Shown: piece by piece, positions 29,552-38,734 of the stretch | Layout: each line of letters begins with the position of its first letter | Position numbering within the stretch: the stretch's first letter is position 1 | Assembly: GCA_000092065.1 (NCBI GenBank) | Contig: CP000588.1 | Length of the DNA: 64,000 nt | Strand: one strand, 5' to 3' | From: Ostreococcus lucimarinus | Lineage: Eukaryota | Position numbers and translations under genes: made by a program | The notes under the pieces: generated by a model | The model's input: the letters and a program-made list of their open reading frames with translations, nothing else | Told to the model about the DNA's origin: nothing | The model's database searches: none

Positions 29552-29919
29552 CGTGAGTTGTTTGTATTCGCGTGATGGAATGACGCCGGGGCAGACGCCA
29601 ACCGTCGCGACGACGAAAATTTCGCGAAAATCGACTCATCGCCTCACGCGATGTCGCCGTCGCGAGCCAATCAAAACGCGAGTGTACCCGGGGTACATTT
29701 CTAAAACGACCGATCATGATTCAAAATCGTGCGCGCAATTTCTTCATTTACACGTAATCTCGCGATTTGATTGGCTAAAAACGCGAGAGTCACTCCATTT
29801 GACGAGTCATGACCCCTAGATTGTGCACGAAAAATGCGTGAGTCGATTTCGCGAAATCGGCGCTCGTGCGCGCGCGACGACGGCGGCCGGCGTCATTCCA
29901 CGACACGAATACATTCAAA
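29552..29919. promoter_or_regulatory. Shared bidirectional H2A/H2B promoter with mirror-symmetric elements.
   Basis: aaaatttcgcgaaaatcgactca at 29617..29640 and its reverse complement tgagtcgatttcgcgaaatcgg at 29838..29860 are TTTCGCGAAA palindromes resembling E2F sites. A CCAAT box (gagccaatcaaaacgcgag) lies at 29664..29682 and an inverted CCAAT (gatttgattggctaaaaacgcgag) at 29765..29788. The symmetry centre of the TTTCGCGAAA palindrome pair (about 29740) falls at the midpoint between the two ATGs (29735). Confidence 0.5.
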
Positions 29920-30258
29920 ATGGCCAAGAAGCCCGCGCAAAAGAAGCCCTCGGGCGCCAAGAAGGTTGGACGCAAGTCCAAGTCCGAAACCTACAAGATC
30001 TACATCTACAAGGTCTTGAAGCAAGTGCACCCGGACACCGGTATCTCCTCCAAGGCGATGTCCATCATGAACTCGTTCATCAACGACATCTTCGAGAAGA
30101 TCGCCACGGAAGCCGCCAAGCTCGCGCGATACAACAAGAAGCCGACGGTCACGTCCCGCGAAATCCAAACCGCGGTCCGATTGATCTTGCCGGGTGAACT
30201 CGCCAAGCACGCCGTCTCCGAAGGCACCAAGGCCGTCACCAAGTTCACCTCCGCGTAA
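29920..30258 (+). CDS. H2B: Histone H2B.
   Basis: [112 protein letters not shown]. The start is taken at the internal ATG at 29920 rather than the upstream GTG. Confidence 0.95.
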   Translation: MAKKPAQKKPSGAKKVGRKSKSETYKIYIYKVLKQVHPDTGISSKAMSIMNSFINDIFEKIATEAAKLARYNKKPTVTSREIQTAVRLILPGELAKHAVSEGTKAVTKFTSA

Positions 30259-30350
30259 GCGTTTTGAACTGGGACGTCTGTCACACTTAGAAATCAAAAA
30301 AAACCAAAATCATAGACCGCTTCTCGACCGAGAGTCTGTCTTTAAACATT

Positions 30351-30366
30351 TGGTGTTCATTAACAC
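30351..30366 (+). promoter_or_regulatory. Predicted 3' UTR hairpin of the H2B mRNA (GGUGUU-CAUU-AACACC), a candidate histone 3'-end stem-loop.
   Basis: It is a perfect 6-bp stem with a 4-nt loop about 95 nt after the H2B stop. It has the same stem sequence as the hairpin downstream of H2A. Confidence 0.45.
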
Positions 30367-30514
30367 CACCTCTGAGCGAAAGATCCGTGCCTACATAAAA
30401 CTAAACCGCTTCACCGCGCCAAAGTAAACAATTTGGCGACGCGTTTGAATTCAAAATATCCGCCCCGAGTCGCGCGCACTGCCCTATGTAAGTGTTACAT
30501 GTCTTCTACGTTGT

Positions 30515-33058
30515 CTAACGTCGCGCCACGCGATCGATTTCCTCCCCTGCGCGCGCGCAAAAGTCTACGAACCCGTCGTAGGCGCCCGGGGCGAACTCGC
30601 TCTCGAGTTCTTCCACCAAGCGCGCGTCCACAGGGGATGGGTCGTCCGCGCCTCCCAAGCGCACGTGCGTCACGCGAGGCAAAAACGTGCCCTCGAACGA
30701 TTGCTCGCGGATACGACGAATCTCGCGATCGAGCGCCGAGCCATGAGCGGGCGGACACGACGCAACGGCTTCGGGGCCGATGTAAGCGACGACAACTTCG
30801 TCGTCGCCTCGAATGAGGAGGACGCCGTTGGCTGCTTCCACCTCCTGCCGGCGAAGAGGCATGCGGCCTTTCGAGAATAATGATGACGACCCGTTGGTAC
30901 CGTCGATTGCATTTTCCTCACCTTCATTGCATTCCTCGAATGCGCGTAATTCTGGATACGCGTACGTTGCGGAGTCGTCGGCGTCGAACCGAAGCAAACG
31001 CGAGCGCGCTGCAACGCGAGCGTCCGGGTGCGAACCCATCGGATGGAGAATTTTCGAGCGCAGCAACCCGTAGACGAGTCTTGGAACGACATCGGTGACG
31101 AATTCAAATGTATTTGACGTCTTTCGCGCAGCGCTGGAGAACGCGATGAACCAATCCACGAGCGCTCGGCGTGCCTCGGTGGAGCCTTCTTCATCCGCCG
31201 TCATTAACGCTTGCCGAGCGAGCACACACATCACCGCGTTCGCGTCTACGTGCTTGTAGACGTCTCGCGCACTTCTTGCGATGTTTGCTCTGCATGAGTG
31301 TATGCGTCGGCGTCGACGACGATGCACGACAACCTCACCGGTGGCTCGATCGACGTCGCGTGTGATGCACGTATACTCGAATGCGAGTTGTATTTTGGGG
31401 TAACCACCGTTCAGGTCTTCCTCTAACCCCGCGCTCGTGGCGTAGTCGAAGTCGAACGCAAAAGTATCTTTTGTCGCACACGAAGCGATGTGATAAAGCC
31501 CAGGATAAGCTTTGTCCGCGTGTAACGATCCGTAAGCGTTGGCAATTTCCAAATCCGCCGTCGAACGGATGCGCAAAGTAGCGTTGATTGCCTTCTCGTT
31601 TCGAAGCAATCGATAGATATCACCGACTATTGGGATGTTTTGTGCATTTGGGTAGAGCAAGAAGGTACCCCCACTGCGCTCTGCGAGCGGCGCCAGAGTG
31701 GTCAAATCGTTGAAATCATCGCTCGTCACGACGACATCGACCTCCACACCTCGTATCAGGCATCGCTCACCGACACTTTCGTAGTGGTCGTGTGCGGGTA
31801 TCATCAAAGAGTCGGCCTCGCGAGAGGCGAATTCAAAATCCTCCATTGTCGGTCGAGCGTTTTCATGCAATAAAACGTCGGCGACAGACTTAGAGAGTCG
31901 ACCGACGTCGCAACTCCCGACACCTCGGCTCGGACCACCGCGAAGAAACGCTAACACTCGCGCACTCGAAATGAATCCATCGTCTACCGCTTGCTCGATA
32001 AAGGATAGTACTTCATCAAGTACCGGACCAAATATCCTTCCTTCGCTGCGCCCATCCGTTGTGGACATATCTCCGACGATACGATCGTCGATGGCGTCCG
32101 ATATGACGTCTTTCCACCCGGGCGTCGGCGTCAACAAAGACGTCAAAACGTCGCCAATCGAAGATACCACGTCTTGTACGCGTCGAATGAAACCGTGCTT
32201 CCTTGGATTGGCGTGTGAATCAAAATATTTCAAGCGCACGCCATCCACATCTTGGACATCTTTCGCGCCGACGTCGCTAAAATCAATCGCCTCGAGCGTG
32301 TCGCCGCGAAACGTAAATACGCCAAACCGTGCATCCTCGCCATCCAACGCCTCCATCGCGCTTCCGAGCGCCAACTTTACTAGTTCACAATATTCTTCCC
32401 CGGCTCCATTTAAATCCACGATCGCCACGATCGCGCGCGCGTTCCTCCGCGACGTACCCGCGGTCGAGGCGTCGTTTCGCACCGCTCGACGACGCCAGTC
32501 GTTCGCCTCCAGCGTCTCCGAAGCCTCCTCGGTCTCGACCTCGCTCTTACCGTCCGAAATAGTCTCGACCGCGACATCAAACTCGTACGTTTCCCCCGAT
32601 ATCTCCGGCAGCGCCTGAATCGCCGCTAACCCTTTGGAATACCTCGATCCTTTCGCCGCGTCTCGCCACAACGTGTACGTCCCGCACGCGCAGCACCGAA
32701 ACCCATTCGCATTCACTCGACAGTGCGCGCTGACGTATCCGTAACAGCTCGAGCACCTCGCGATGCGTTCGGGCGACTTCAGGCGCGCGATTCTTCGACA
32801 CACGGCGCGGCGATCGAGCGGGTTGACGACGATTCCCAACGGGATGTGCAACTCGCGCTTGAGCTCGGCGTCGCGAGGGAGCGCGGTGGTGGTCCAACGC
32901 ACCACCGCCGGCGTCGCGCGCTTGGACGAAGAGCGCGGTTTATCATCCATGACCGCCGGCGATGCGTTTTCGTCGGCAAACGGGCGCATGACGCGCGGAT
33001 GAGGGCGTTGACTCTTGTGGATTAGAGCGCGCGCATCGAGGCGAGGAGTGGGGCGCAT
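30515..33058 (-). CDS. Divergent Sec23/Sec24-family (COPII coat-like) protein.
   Basis: An N-terminal zinc finger CSSCYGYVSAHCRVNANGFRCCACGTYTLW resembles the Sec23/24 Zn-finger. A trunk/vWA-like region follows (AIVAIVDLNGAGEEYCELVKLAL...ARFGVFTFRGDTL), then helical and gelsolin-like C-terminal regions. The similarity is by pattern only, and it is far more divergent than canonical Sec23. Confidence 0.45.
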   Translation of the reverse strand: MRPTPRLDARALIHKSQRPHPRVMRPFADENASPAVMDDKPRSSSKRATPAVVRWTTTALPRDAELKRELHIPLGIVVNPLDRRAVCRRIARLKSPERIARCSSCYGYVSAHCRVNANGFRCCACGTYTLWRDAAKGSRYSKGLAAIQALPEISGETYEFDVAVETISDGKSEVETEEASETLEANDWRRRAVRNDASTAGTSRRNARAIVAIVDLNGAGEEYCELVKLALGSAMEALDGEDARFGVFTFRGDTLEAIDFSDVGAKDVQDVDGVRLKYFDSHANPRKHGFIRRVQDVVSSIGDVLTSLLTPTPGWKDVISDAIDDRIVGDMSTTDGRSEGRIFGPVLDEVLSFIEQAVDDGFISSARVLAFLRGGPSRGVGSCDVGRLSKSVADVLLHENARPTMEDFEFASREADSLMIPAHDHYESVGERCLIRGVEVDVVVTSDDFNDLTTLAPLAERSGGTFLLYPNAQNIPIVGDIYRLLRNEKAINATLRIRSTADLEIANAYGSLHADKAYPGLYHIASCATKDTFAFDFDYATSAGLEEDLNGGYPKIQLAFEYTCITRDVDRATGEVVVHRRRRRRIHSCRANIARSARDVYKHVDANAVMCVLARQALMTADEEGSTEARRALVDWFIAFSSAARKTSNTFEFVTDVVPRLVYGLLRSKILHPMGSHPDARVAARSRLLRFDADDSATYAYPELRAFEECNEGEENAIDGTNGSSSLFSKGRMPLRRQEVEAANGVLLIRGDDEVVVAYIGPEAVASCPPAHGSALDREIRRIREQSFEGTFLPRVTHVRLGGADDPSPVDARLVEELESEFAPGAYDGFVDFCARAGEEIDRVARR

Positions 33059-33090
33059 GCTAATTTTCTAATCTGGGTGCTACAAGTTGA

Positions 33091-34434
33091 TCATCGACCT
33101 CGAGAAGGTGCCTCGCGAATTTTCCAATTCACCCCGGCGGCGATTTTCGATTCGAAGAACGCCTCGAGACGATTGGCCGCTTTGAAATACGGAGTGTCGC
33201 GTGAGTTGTATATGCGACAGTTGTTGAACATCAAACGGAAGTCGGCGCAAAACATCTCCAAAGAGACGTAGTAATTCCCCGCCGAGACGCGTTCTTGGAT
33301 GAGTTCCATATCGACGGGATCCTTGACGACGTCGTAGTAGTCTGTGACTTCGAGCGGGTTCACGGGTGCGGCAAACGGCCACGCATCGGAGTGCGCCTGA
33401 ATCACGTTTACGATGGCTCTCATGAATTTATGCAAGTTTGCCTTCGTGGGTATGCCATCGCCGCATCCTGGGTGGACTAAACGGTACTTTGGTAGTCCTG
33501 GGTCCTCCCACTTCGCCTCTTTCAAGCCTTTGATGTGTTTGACGTCGATGGGGATATACTTGCCCTCGGCGCTCGGCTTGAAGTGGTCCTTCAATCCCGG
33601 GTAGACTTTGTGCGCCGTGCTCATCTCTCGTACCTTGGCCTCCACCGCCTTGCGCTGTTCTCGGATCTGATTCACAAAGTCCACGTAGGAGACGTGCCCA
33701 TCTAATTGACACTCCATAATCGTCCCACCGTCGTACTCTTTGATGTACCCGTACCACTTTTCGCGCTCCATCATGATTTCCTTTGTGAATCCTTGCTTTT
33801 GAAAGTACCCCACCGCATTGTTATCCGCGAACGTGATCAGGTGCGTCATATTTTCCTTTTCCTTAGCGTACTCCTTGATGTGATTCATCAACCGCGTACC
33901 GTATCCCTTCACCTGTTCATTTGCGCTCACCGCGCAAAAAGCAATCTCACCCATGCGTTGCTTCGGAAACGGCCTGTACGTGATCCCCCCGATGACGTTC
34001 CCATTCTTCATGCACAGCATCGAGTAATGTCTGGAGTCAAAAACCAACCGCACGATGTACTCCTTGGGCATATTCGGCAGCTGTTTGCTAAAAATGTTCT
34101 TCAGCGCCACGAGCAAGCGCGAATTCGCCTCGCTCCCGTCGTTTTTAATCACCTCCCACTTCAGCTCCCCATCACGCTCTTGCTTACGCAGGTGCGATTC
34201 TCGCGTGGCGTACGCCCCTCTCGACGGCGACACCGGCGACGTCGCCCCCGTCGCGCCCGCAGTCGCGCCCGTCGTCGTCGTTTGTTTATTCGGCGTTCCG
34301 TCCGCCGCCCCCGCGCCGTCCCTCGACCCGTTCGCGCCGCTCTCATCCGCGCGCGCGTGCTTCACGCCGCGCGCGCTTCCCGAGACATCATCCTGATCGC
34401 TCGCGTCCTCACGCGCGCGCGTGCCGCGCTGCAT
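33091..34434 (-). CDS. GCN5: Histone acetyltransferase GCN5 (GNAT acetyltransferase plus C-terminal bromodomain).
   Basis: The GNAT motifs are IVRLVFDSRHYSMLCMKNGNVIGGITYRPF, EIAFCAVSANEQVKGYGTRLMNHIKEYAK and ITFADNNAVGYFQKQGF. The bromodomain is WPFAAPVNPLEVTDYYDVVKDPVDMELI...YNSRDTPYFKAANRLEAFF. Its stop lies only 32 bp from the start codon of the Sec23/24-like gene. Confidence 0.85.
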   Translation of the reverse strand: MQRGTRAREDASDQDDVSGSARGVKHARADESGANGSRDGAGAADGTPNKQTTTTGATAGATGATSPVSPSRGAYATRESHLRKQERDGELKWEVIKNDGSEANSRLLVALKNIFSKQLPNMPKEYIVRLVFDSRHYSMLCMKNGNVIGGITYRPFPKQRMGEIAFCAVSANEQVKGYGTRLMNHIKEYAKEKENMTHLITFADNNAVGYFQKQGFTKEIMMEREKWYGYIKEYDGGTIMECQLDGHVSYVDFVNQIREQRKAVEAKVREMSTAHKVYPGLKDHFKPSAEGKYIPIDVKHIKGLKEAKWEDPGLPKYRLVHPGCGDGIPTKANLHKFMRAIVNVIQAHSDAWPFAAPVNPLEVTDYYDVVKDPVDMELIQERVSAGNYYVSLEMFCADFRLMFNNCRIYNSRDTPYFKAANRLEAFFESKIAAGVNWKIREAPSRGR

Positions 34435-34877
34435 CGCGCTCGCCGATCGCCGTTCCGCGCGATGTCCCGACGAGCTAATTCAACGCGCTCGCACGCCACC
34501 CGCGAGCGCGTCCGCGCGATCTCCTGCGCGCCGTGCGCTCGAAAAGATTTCTTCCGATCGCTCGAGCGCGCGGGCGCGTTCGACGCGCGCGGGCGCGGGC
34601 GTGTGCGGCCGCCGATCGTCGCGCACTCGCGCACCGTCGATCGAGGCGTTTTAAACGAGCGCCCGCGCGCGCGGACCGCAGAGCGCGACGCGACGGCGCG
34701 ACAGACGCGACGGTGCGGTCGTCGGGTGGAAGAAAACGCGCTCGATCGAACGGACGTCGAACGGGCGCGGGAGAGCCCGCGTGCGCGGCGTGGGGGTGGT
34801 TTGAAAGCGACGGGTGCGGGACGGTCGATCTGCAATCGCGCGCTTAAAGTCTCGCGCGAGCGCGTTCGTGACGGACG

Positions 34878-37800
34878 ATGACGAACGATGAGGATTCCTT
34901 ACGTCGGGCGTCGCACTCGAGCGCGAGTTCGTGGCGGGCGTTGGTGCGTAAAGTGGCCGAACGCGCGCCGGATGGGGACGAAAGCGAAGACGCGCGCACG
35001 GCGACGCTAAGTGACCGGTTGTTGGCGACGCGAGAGGAGACGATTCTGATGGAGGAACACCCTGAATTGAAGCGTCAGAAAAAGCTAGAGGAGACAAACG
35101 ACGCGAGCAAGGTATGGGCGCTGGCACCGGGACAGAGCACGGTGAACGCGACGGCGGCACCTTTTTTAAAGTGGTGCGAGGAACATTTTAGAAACGTGAA
35201 TCGGCGAGATATAGAGGCTTTGGCGCCCATGGACGTGCATTTGATGGAAAGGGATGGCGACTACCTCGTTCCTGGTCTAGGAAGGCATTACATACACGGA
35301 TGGGACGAAGAGGATAAGGAAGAAGAGAAAAAGTTGATGGAGCGCAAACGCTTGGCGGTGCTCAACCGATCAGAGACGCCGTTGAAGAAGAAAAAGACGC
35401 CGAAGAAGACGCCAAAACCGAGATTGGACCCTACAAAGTATCAAATCACTCGTGTGTCGCCACTCGAACGCCCGGATGAAATTGCTGAGTGCTGCGGTGT
35501 TTGTTTCGATGGAGACTCATACGACGACAATCAAATTTTGTTTTGCGACAAGTGCGACATCGCTGTGCACCAGCTTTGCTACGGAATTCGAAAGATTCCT
35601 CAAGGTGATTGGATTTGCCGCTCGTGTAGCAGCCGCGGGGCCGCGAAAACGTGCTTCTTGTGCACCGAAAGAGGAGGTGCGCTCAAACCGACGGTGGACG
35701 GTCGTTGGGCGCATCTTTTTTGCGCGCAGTGGATTCCAGAGCTCTTCATTCAAAACGTCGACTCGATGGAGCCGATTAATGCGGCGCATCTGCTCCCTGA
35801 CCGAACGAACTTGACGTGTGTCATTTGTAGAGAGCATGGGGCTGGTGCTTGCATTCAGTGCGCTTACGGTAATTGTTCGGTACCATTTCATCCAATGTGC
35901 GCTCTGAAAGCCGGCGTTCGCATGGAGGTTCGATCGATGGAAAAATCGCAAGACTGTGATTACTTGTGCTATTGCGATAGGCACGTCAAGGAAATGGAGA
36001 GAAAGGCACAGAGAATAGCGAACGGGGAGAGTTCGACGGCGACGACGCCCGCAAAGACACCTGCGAAGGTTGAAGAGGCGTCCAAGGAGGACACGCCGCC
36101 ACCAACACCAAAAATAGAGGAAGATACCGCGCCAGCGTCGGCTCAAAAAGAGTCGGGAGCGTCACCCATTATTGGACGCGATCAAGCGACAACCATCGAC
36201 CATCCTATGAAGGAGTTGAATGCCAATGAGATTCGAAAACTCGTGCTGAACTTGTTCGACATGTCAGATTTCACCGCCGCGGACGTTGACGGTGTGAAAG
36301 AGGACGATTTCATGTCGTGGCTGAAAGAAGACACCGTCGTGACGCGCGAAAAAGATGACTCGCTGGGGACTCCCGTCAAGATCAAGGTTTCGATCAATCC
36401 GTGCGAAGTTGCGGCTCGCGAATGGCTGGTGCGCAGAGCGAAGATAGAGGTTTTGGCGCCGGTGAATCTTGATTGCGAAACAAAGCAAAACATCAGTGAT
36501 AGCGCCATGGATACGGCGACGGACTCGCCCGATGGGAAAGACGAGATCAACGAGGACACATTTTTGTATCCTCCGAGCGTTCCATATCCCATAGAAACGC
36601 TCGCTGACTACACAAAATTGATTCTTGATACCGTGAAAGTGCCGGCACTGCCGCAGACCGTGGAAGACATCATCCCCGAGCAAACCGGTTCGAACGGCGT
36701 TCCAACGAGCATGCGACCGCCCAAGTGTCAAGTTTGCCTCATTCGTAAACAAGGTGTTTGTGGCACGTCATCAGCACCGCCGAGATGTCATAGAAGGAGA
36801 GAAAATATGGAGAAGCTGCGCGCGGCGCAAATGGCTGAGCTGCAAGCGCAACTTGGTCCGGGCCAGTCTCTTCCCGATCCCGTGGAGGTTGTCAAGAAAG
36901 AGATCGCTCGCATTTCAACTCATACAGAGCTGCTCAAACTTGCACCCGATGATGAAGTCGTTGCTGAAATATTTCGAGCGCAGACTGTACTGGCGAGGAC
37001 GTCTTACATCAACCGAGAGCTCATCCAAAAACTCTTGACCAAGGTGGAGGAGGCATTGCCAGGAGAGGAGAAGATTCGAGAGGAGCAACAAAAGGCGCTC
37101 GAAGAGACAGCGCAATACGAAGAACGCTGGCGCGGAGGGCGATGGCGTATGGAACGCCTTCGAGCGGAAGGCAAAGAAGACGAAGCGCAATTTGATGGAG
37201 GCGAGCTCGCGGGCGCCGACATGTGCGACCCGCTCGTCGAGTCTGGCGCTATGGAGGACGCGCTCTGCTGCGTTTGCGCCGGAGGTGAGAGCGAATACCC
37301 GAACGAAATCGTATTCTGCGAAAGATGCGAGATGTGCGTTCATCAGCAGTGCTATGGTGTCACAAATATTCCCGAAGGTGAGTGGTTATGCTGGCCTTGC
37401 CATGAAACTGAACGCCTGGAGCGCGAAAACGGTTTACCGGGCACTCGTCCGCCTCGATACATGCGGGAAGCTGGCGATGGAGCCATGTATGACCCTCGTG
37501 TGCAATGTTTGCTTTGTCCAGTGAAGCGCGGCGCTTTAAGAACCGTGATCGATCCTCGTTTGCAAACTCCAAAGACTGGGGATACCGCCCCGGCGTCACC
37601 GCCACCTGTGCGCTCGCCGACATCCACGAAGACGGTGCCGGAGGGCAAAGCTAACGCGACAACAGATGACGATGCAGCCGCAAATCCTGAGCCGAGCGAT
37701 CCTATCACTCCGTTGACAAAGACACCAACTCGTGGACGTAACCGTTGGTGTCACGTCGTGTGCGCGCATTGGCAGCAGGGTATGGAAACTGATTTGTACC

Positions 37801-38501
37801 TCGATGGACCCGCGGCAGTGAGTGGCTTGGAAGACGTGCGCACGCAGTTCAAGAATGCCAGGTGCTCGGCTTGTCGACTCGACGACGGTGCGTGCATTCC
37901 TTGCTGCGCGACGGGATGTCACGTGGTCTTCCACCCGTTGTGCGCGCGTCGATGCGGCTGGCACATGCTTCCTTTACAATCTCCAGAGCCGCTCGCGTTT
38001 TGCGCTCGTCACAGCATCGACGAGCGCCGAAATCCGGGATCAACGATGCGATCGAGGTACAGCGCCAACACTAGCGGTGCTCGATTCGGTCAACGTGTCT
38101 CGAGCAAGAAGAAACGTACACCGACCGCAGACGAGATGGAAATGCTCCAACGTGCGCGTGTGGGCTTGGAAACCTTACGCCTGTTGTGCGATCGCGTCGT
38201 CAAGCGCGAAAAGCTCAAGCGATTGGAACTCGAGCAACATCACAAGCTTTGGGTCGCGCAAATTCTCGGTCAAGCCAGCGGCCCGGTCTACGGCATCAAC
38301 GACGACACCCAGGCCCACATCAAAATCCCTGACATCGCGAAGGATCGAAAATTAATCTTCCTCACCGCCGAAGAGGTCGAGAGGCTTCGAGACGACGTCG
38401 AATTCCGTCTCCCCGACGGCGTTCTCCTCGTCCCCGCCGAACCTCTCCGCTCTCCGTTTCGCGACGACGACGACGACGACGACGACGCGAACAAAAATTA
38501 G
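34878..38501 (+). CDS. PHD-finger protein with two PZP modules (PHD, zinc knuckle, extended PHD) of the BRPF/JADE/AF10 kind, and a poly-Asp C-terminus.
   Basis: Module 1 is CCGVCFDGDSYDDNQILFCDKCDIAVHQLCYG...WICRSC, then CFLCTERGGALKPT...WAHLFCAQW, then CVICREHGAGACIQCAYGNCSVPFHPMCA. Module 2 is CCVCAGGESEYPNEIVFCERCEMCVHQQCYG...WLCWPC, then CLLCPVKRGALR...WCHVVCAHW, then CSACRLDDGACIPCCATGCHVVFHPLCA. It is a single 1207-aa ORF. Confidence 0.7.
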   Translation: MTNDEDSLRRASHSSASSWRALVRKVAERAPDGDESEDARTATLSDRLLATREETILMEEHPELKRQKKLEETNDASKVWALAPGQSTVNATAAPFLKWCEEHFRNVNRRDIEALAPMDVHLMERDGDYLVPGLGRHYIHGWDEEDKEEEKKLMERKRLAVLNRSETPLKKKKTPKKTPKPRLDPTKYQITRVSPLERPDEIAECCGVCFDGDSYDDNQILFCDKCDIAVHQLCYGIRKIPQGDWICRSCSSRGAAKTCFLCTERGGALKPTVDGRWAHLFCAQWIPELFIQNVDSMEPINAAHLLPDRTNLTCVICREHGAGACIQCAYGNCSVPFHPMCALKAGVRMEVRSMEKSQDCDYLCYCDRHVKEMERKAQRIANGESSTATTPAKTPAKVEEASKEDTPPPTPKIEEDTAPASAQKESGASPIIGRDQATTIDHPMKELNANEIRKLVLNLFDMSDFTAADVDGVKEDDFMSWLKEDTVVTREKDDSLGTPVKIKVSINPCEVAAREWLVRRAKIEVLAPVNLDCETKQNISDSAMDTATDSPDGKDEINEDTFLYPPSVPYPIETLADYTKLILDTVKVPALPQTVEDIIPEQTGSNGVPTSMRPPKCQVCLIRKQGVCGTSSAPPRCHRRRENMEKLRAAQMAELQAQLGPGQSLPDPVEVVKKEIARISTHTELLKLAPDDEVVAEIFRAQTVLARTSYINRELIQKLLTKVEEALPGEEKIREEQQKALEETAQYEERWRGGRWRMERLRAEGKEDEAQFDGGELAGADMCDPLVESGAMEDALCCVCAGGESEYPNEIVFCERCEMCVHQQCYGVTNIPEGEWLCWPCHETERLERENGLPGTRPPRYMREAGDGAMYDPRVQCLLCPVKRGALRTVIDPRLQTPKTGDTAPASPPPVRSPTSTKTVPEGKANATTDDDAAANPEPSDPITPLTKTPTRGRNRWCHVVCAHWQQGMETDLYLDGPAAVSGLEDVRTQFKNARCSACRLDDGACIPCCATGCHVVFHPLCARRCGWHMLPLQSPEPLAFCARHSIDERRNPGSTMRSRYSANTSGARFGQRVSSKKKRTPTADEMEMLQRARVGLETLRLLCDRVVKREKLKRLELEQHHKLWVAQILGQASGPVYGINDDTQAHIKIPDIAKDRKLIFLTAEEVERLRDDVEFRLPDGVLLVPAEPLRSPFRDDDDDDDDANKN

Positions 38502-38734
38502 CGTTCCACCGCGAGGTGGCACACCAACCATTTCATAGCAATTGTTGTTAGAAAGAAAGCCGGAACAAAGCGACTCGTCGCCGCGCCTCGCCATTTCGTC
38601 TCCGCACCGACGCGATCGACCGATCTATCGAACGACCGATCGCGCGACCGCACACGTCGTCGACGACCTCGCGCGCGCCCGCGAGCCGACGCGACGCGAC
38701 GCGCGTCCTCGACATCGCGCGCGCTCGAGCCTAA

